Shown in pieces: positions 61,074-64,000 of a stretch of DNA of 64,000 nucleotides. A program made the position numbers and the translations under genes. The DNA lies in assembly GCA_030066985.1 (NCBI GenBank), contig JASJAN010000002.1, forward strand, positions 122,531-186,530. Reading direction: 5' to 3'. The notes below the pieces were generated by a model. It had not been told where the DNA came from, made no database searches, and saw nothing but the letters and a program-made list of their open reading frames with translations. Numbering within the stretch: position 1 is the stretch's first letter; every line of letters begins with the position of its first letter. The stretch is from Desulfobacterales bacterium (GTDB taxonomy: Bacteria; Desulfobacterota; Desulfobacteria; Desulfobacterales; JAHEIW01).

Positions 61074-62534
61074 TCAGACCTTGCCCGCTATGGCCCTGCC
61101 TAACTCCTGGGTGTCTGTCTTAGTGGCTGAAACTTCTTTGATCACACGGCCATTGAAGAAAACCAGCACACGATCGGCCACCATCAGAATTTCATCAAGC
61201 TCCGGTGAAGAAAAAACAATGCTGGTTCGTTTTGAACAATAAGCGTGCAAATGCTGCCAGACCCAGTTCACCGATTCAATATCCAGCCCGCGGGTGGGAT
61301 TTTCCAACAGCAGCAATTGCGGATTAGCAGGCAGAAAGGATAGTAGCAGGCGCTGCTGGTTGCCGCCCGATAGCGCTTCAACCATTGAGTCCGGCCGGCC
61401 TTTAATCTGAAATTTTTCGATTTGCCGCTTGGCCTGCTGCATGGCGTCCGGCCAGCGAACCACAAAATGCTGCTGGTTGTCCTGGAGGGCAAAATGCTCG
61501 GTGATGTGCATTCCTGTGATCAGCCCCTCTTCAAGACGCGATGCCGGCAGAAAGGAAACGCCTTGCTGTTTGAAGGCATGATGGTTTTTTCCATGCATGT
61601 CGTTTCCCAGCAAACTTAAGGATCCGCGTCTGGCCTGTTTTAAACCGCCGGCAATTCGCAGAAAAACACCCTGGCCACTGCCTTCAAGACCCGCCAGCCC
61701 GACAACCTCCCCCTCACGAATGACAACGTCACAATCTTTAAGGCCGGCGCGACCGCCGCTGCCGCACACTCGATTCATGACCAGAACATCTTTACCCGGC
61801 GTTTCCGAGCAGCGGGGTGGAAACACCGGCGGTGTACCGAACATCATCTCCAGAAGTTTGCGGGAATCAAAGGGCCGATCCATATCGCCGGTGACCTTGC
61901 CATGGCGCAACACGGTGACCCTGTCACACAGGGCCTCGACATCTTCCAGCTTGTGGGACACCAGGATAATGCTTTTACCCTCGGCAGCCAGTTTTTTAAG
62001 GGCATCAAATAAAACCTCTTTTTGGGTGCTGGAAATGCCGGTGGTCGGTTCATCCAGGATCAACACCTGAATGCCAAGGGATATGAGTCGGATAATTTCA
62101 AGCTGTTGGCGCTCACCAATGGTCAGGGTATTTAAAGGCGCATCCGGTTTTAAAACAAAGTGCAGGGCCCTTGAAAGTGAAGCAAACCGTTGGCGAAATT
62201 TTTTGCGTTGCGCTCTGGGGCCAGCGGTTTGTCCGAGCATAAAATTATCCAGAACCGTTAGCAGCGGAAAATCGAGTGGATCCTGATAGAGCATGCCAAT
62301 GCCCAGCTCAGCAGCCTGAGCCGGATTGCGGTAATCAACCACAGCGCTGTCTACCCGAACCAGCCCGCTGGTTGGCTGACTGAAACCCGCCAGGATTTTC
62401 ATCAGCGTGCTTTTACCGGCGCCGTTTTCACCCAGGATTCCGTGGATCTCACCGGGCATCACCTTCAGATCAACCCCGTCGTTGGCTCTTACGGCGCCAT
62501 AATGTTTGTGGATATCCTGCAGCTCAATTTGCAT
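61074..62534 (-). CDS. ABC transporter ATP-binding protein with duplicated ATPase domains (sugar/nucleoside type)
   Basis: Two Walker A sites (GENGAGKST ... GLEGSGQ), two signature/Walker B sets. Confidence 0.85.
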   Translation of the reverse strand: MQIELQDIHKHYGAVRANDGVDLKVMPGEIHGILGENGAGKSTLMKILAGFSQPTSGLVRVDSAVVDYRNPAQAAELGIGMLYQDPLDFPLLTVLDNFMLGQTAGPRAQRKKFRQRFASLSRALHFVLKPDAPLNTLTIGERQQLEIIRLISLGIQVLILDEPTTGISSTQKEVLFDALKKLAAEGKSIILVSHKLEDVEALCDRVTVLRHGKVTGDMDRPFDSRKLLEMMFGTPPVFPPRCSETPGKDVLVMNRVCGSGGRAGLKDCDVVIREGEVVGLAGLEGSGQGVFLRIAGGLKQARRGSLSLLGNDMHGKNHHAFKQQGVSFLPASRLEEGLITGMHITEHFALQDNQQHFVVRWPDAMQQAKRQIEKFQIKGRPDSMVEALSGGNQQRLLLSFLPANPQLLLLENPTRGLDIESVNWVWQHLHAYCSKRTSIVFSSPELDEILMVADRVLVFFNGRVIKEVSATKTDTQELGRAIAGKV

Positions 62535-62608
62535 GGTTCACTCCTTCTTCCACACCAGAGCTATTAACGTATTTCATCGGCAAGCACAAAGGGAATTTGC
62601 CTTTCTTG

Positions 62609-62650
62609 GATTTTTTTTGGAGTACTGGAGTATTGGAGTAATGGAGTAAT
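62609..62650. repeat. tandem GGAGTAnT octamers (GGAGTACTGGAGTATTGGAGTAATGGAGTAATGGAAAT) in the intercistronic gap
   Basis: Direct reading. The first 18 nt are identical to the 59591 copy. Confidence 0.5.
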
Positions 62651-62923
62651 GGAAATGCGCAATTGATAGCAAAAAATAAAAAGGTGCAGAAGGGCTCAAT
62701 GTCTTCTTCTGCACCTTATATTTTTAATTGATGAATATTTGATATAGATCTTTAAGGCACAATATTTTTTAAAACAGTAAAATTTTCGCTTTATGAATGA
62801 GTAATTTTTTCAATGCACAAGGCCGCACGAGAGTTTGCAAGGAGGCGTACTTGAAGTACGTCGACGCAGCAAACTCTTGGAGAACGCCGTGCATTGGAAA
62901 CAGGGCCATTCAGAAAGCGGAAA

Positions 62924-64000
62924 TTATTTGGCGCTACTTTGGCCTTCCATCCCCTCCAACAACTGCTCCATATACCAGATCTGCTTGTCGCTGGCGGTTT
63001 GGCCGGCTTTGACAAACGGGCTGCCATCCTGATAGTTCAAGGGGCCCTTGAACAGGTTGATCTTTTTTGAACCCAGATCATTGATAAAGCTGACCAGGTG
63101 CTTTTGGGCGTCGGCGGAAAGCGCTGGCCCTTTGGTAAATCCAATGGTGCTGGTATCGAGATTATTGATATCTTCCCAGTCCGGTCCCAGCCAGACCCAT
63201 TTGGATTGCCATTTTCCGGAAAAGGCGGCCTTCACAAAGTCCACATAACTCGGCCCCCAATTAAAGAAAGGCACCCCCAGGCAAACGTCATCAGCGCCTT
63301 CACAAGCACCAATGTAGTCATAGGGAATGGCCCAGACCGCTTTGCCCTCCTGCTTTTTCTGCTTGGCAACCACTACCGCTTCGGTGGTGTCAATTCCGGA
63401 GATGACCACATCATGCCCGGTGTTAAAGAAATTTTGAGCTACCTGGGTTGGATCGGCAGTTACGCCGGGGATATTGAACCAGAAACCAATCCAGGTCACC
63501 TGAAATTTCAGCTGCTTGGGATCTTTTTTAAGCACATTTGCCCAAGCATATTTGGCACCCAGATAGGCGCAAGCAGCCAAACGGCGTGTTTCTTCGTTGA
63601 TGAGTGGCCCAAGATAGCCGATTTTTCCGGTCTTGGTGGTCAAAGCGGCTGCAAAACCGGCCATCATTTTTCCATATTCCATGCGACCCATTAAATTGCT
63701 CAGATTCTTGGGTGCCTTGCCGGTCAGCACATCGTCTCCGGAGATATGAATGAAGTAAACATCCGGATGCATCGCGGCCGCTTCACGCGTCCCGTCTTTC
63801 ATGTCGTCAGAGTTGGCAATAATCAGCTTGGCACCTTTTTCGACCATATCATCTACCAGCTGCGGAATGGTGACCCCCTGGCGATCGGCCGGATTTACTT
63901 TGTCTATATAAATCATCTTGGTGCCCGGCACCATTTTTTCGACATACTTGCCGCCCTCATAATGGGCCTGGCTCCAGCCATGGTCGTTGTAAGGCCCGAC
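62924..64000 (-). CDS. BMP-family (Med/PnrA-like) ABC transporter substrate-binding lipoprotein, N-terminus beyond the window end
   Basis: The frame remains open to position 64000. BMP-family pattern in the translated region. Confidence 0.65.
   Translation of the reverse strand, partial: VGPYNDHGWSQAHYEGGKYVEKMVPGTKMIYIDKVNPADRQGVTIPQLVDDMVEKGAKLIIANSDDMKDGTREAAAMHPDVYFIHISGDDVLTGKAPKNLSNLMGRMEYGKMMAGFAAALTTKTGKIGYLGPLINEETRRLAACAYLGAKYAWANVLKKDPKQLKFQVTWIGFWFNIPGVTADPTQVAQNFFNTGHDVVISGIDTTEAVVVAKQKKQEGKAVWAIPYDYIGACEGADDVCLGVPFFNWGPSYVDFVKAAFSGKWQSKWVWLGPDWEDINNLDTSTIGFTKGPALSADAQKHLVSFINDLGSKKINLFKGPLNYQDGSPFVKAGQTASDKQIWYMEQLLEGMEGQSSAK

Overview
This 64-kb window is a gene-dense, roughly 50-55% GC stretch of chromosome. 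Gene content points to a deltaproteobacterial-type anaerobe: abundant PAS/hybrid kinases, sigma-54 regulation, arsenic genes, and two genes with in-frame UGA codons. The window holds about 50 CDSs and no rRNA or CRISPR array. No tRNA was recognised by eye. The main blocks are as follows.

(i) 1-13 kb: regulators and stress genes. These include a TetR regulator with a duplicated operator, a VOC protein, and a carboxymuconolactone-decarboxylase-family (CMD)/AhpD-like pair, one member of which has an in-frame TGA and is a selenoprotein candidate. There is also a PAS-PP2C phosphatase, MscS, PilZ, LysE, an XRE-cupin regulator, a second PP2C phosphatase, and an arsR-arsM-AhpD-like arsenic operon.

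(ii) 13-24 kb: a minus-strand operon. It encodes a family-5 Dpp/Opp-type ABC importer, two opine (octopine/nopaline) dehydrogenase paralogs, an enolase-superfamily epimerase, UspA and Ogt.

(iii) 24-29 kb: MATE efflux, an ArsR-ArsP(-like) permease pair with a duplicated palindromic operator, and an aspartate carbamoyltransferase-like gene.

(iv) 29.8-31 kb: a REPtron, a Y1 HUH (RAYT/IS200-like) transposase flanked by inverted REP-like repeats. Dispersed copies of the same repeat at about 32.98 kb and 58.53 kb bracket a roughly 25.5-kb block.

(v) Inside that block, a 2063-aa SpvB-propeller-RHS fusion polymorphic toxin with a downstream AT-rich membrane protein as the putative immunity gene. 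The block also has an ATP-grasp / HNH / 1212-aa triple-zinc-ribbon membrane protein trio, two hybrid histidine kinases and a GAF sigma-54 activator. Two paralogous small secreted proteins sit behind recognisable -24/-12 promoters. A metallophosphoesterase, an amidase and a DsbA-like gene with an in-frame TGA in its CxxC motif (UxxC) complete the block.

(vi) 58.6-64 kb: a BMP-family ABC transporter operon (substrate-binding protein truncated at the window edge). GGAGTAnT tandem octamers lie in its intercistronic gaps.

The most notable candidates are the two selenoprotein genes, the orphan Tc-BC-like RHS toxin cassette, and the REP-bounded regulatory/zinc-ribbon block. Other candidates are the sigma-54-driven secreted paralogs and the opine-dehydrogenase/peptide-transporter operon.
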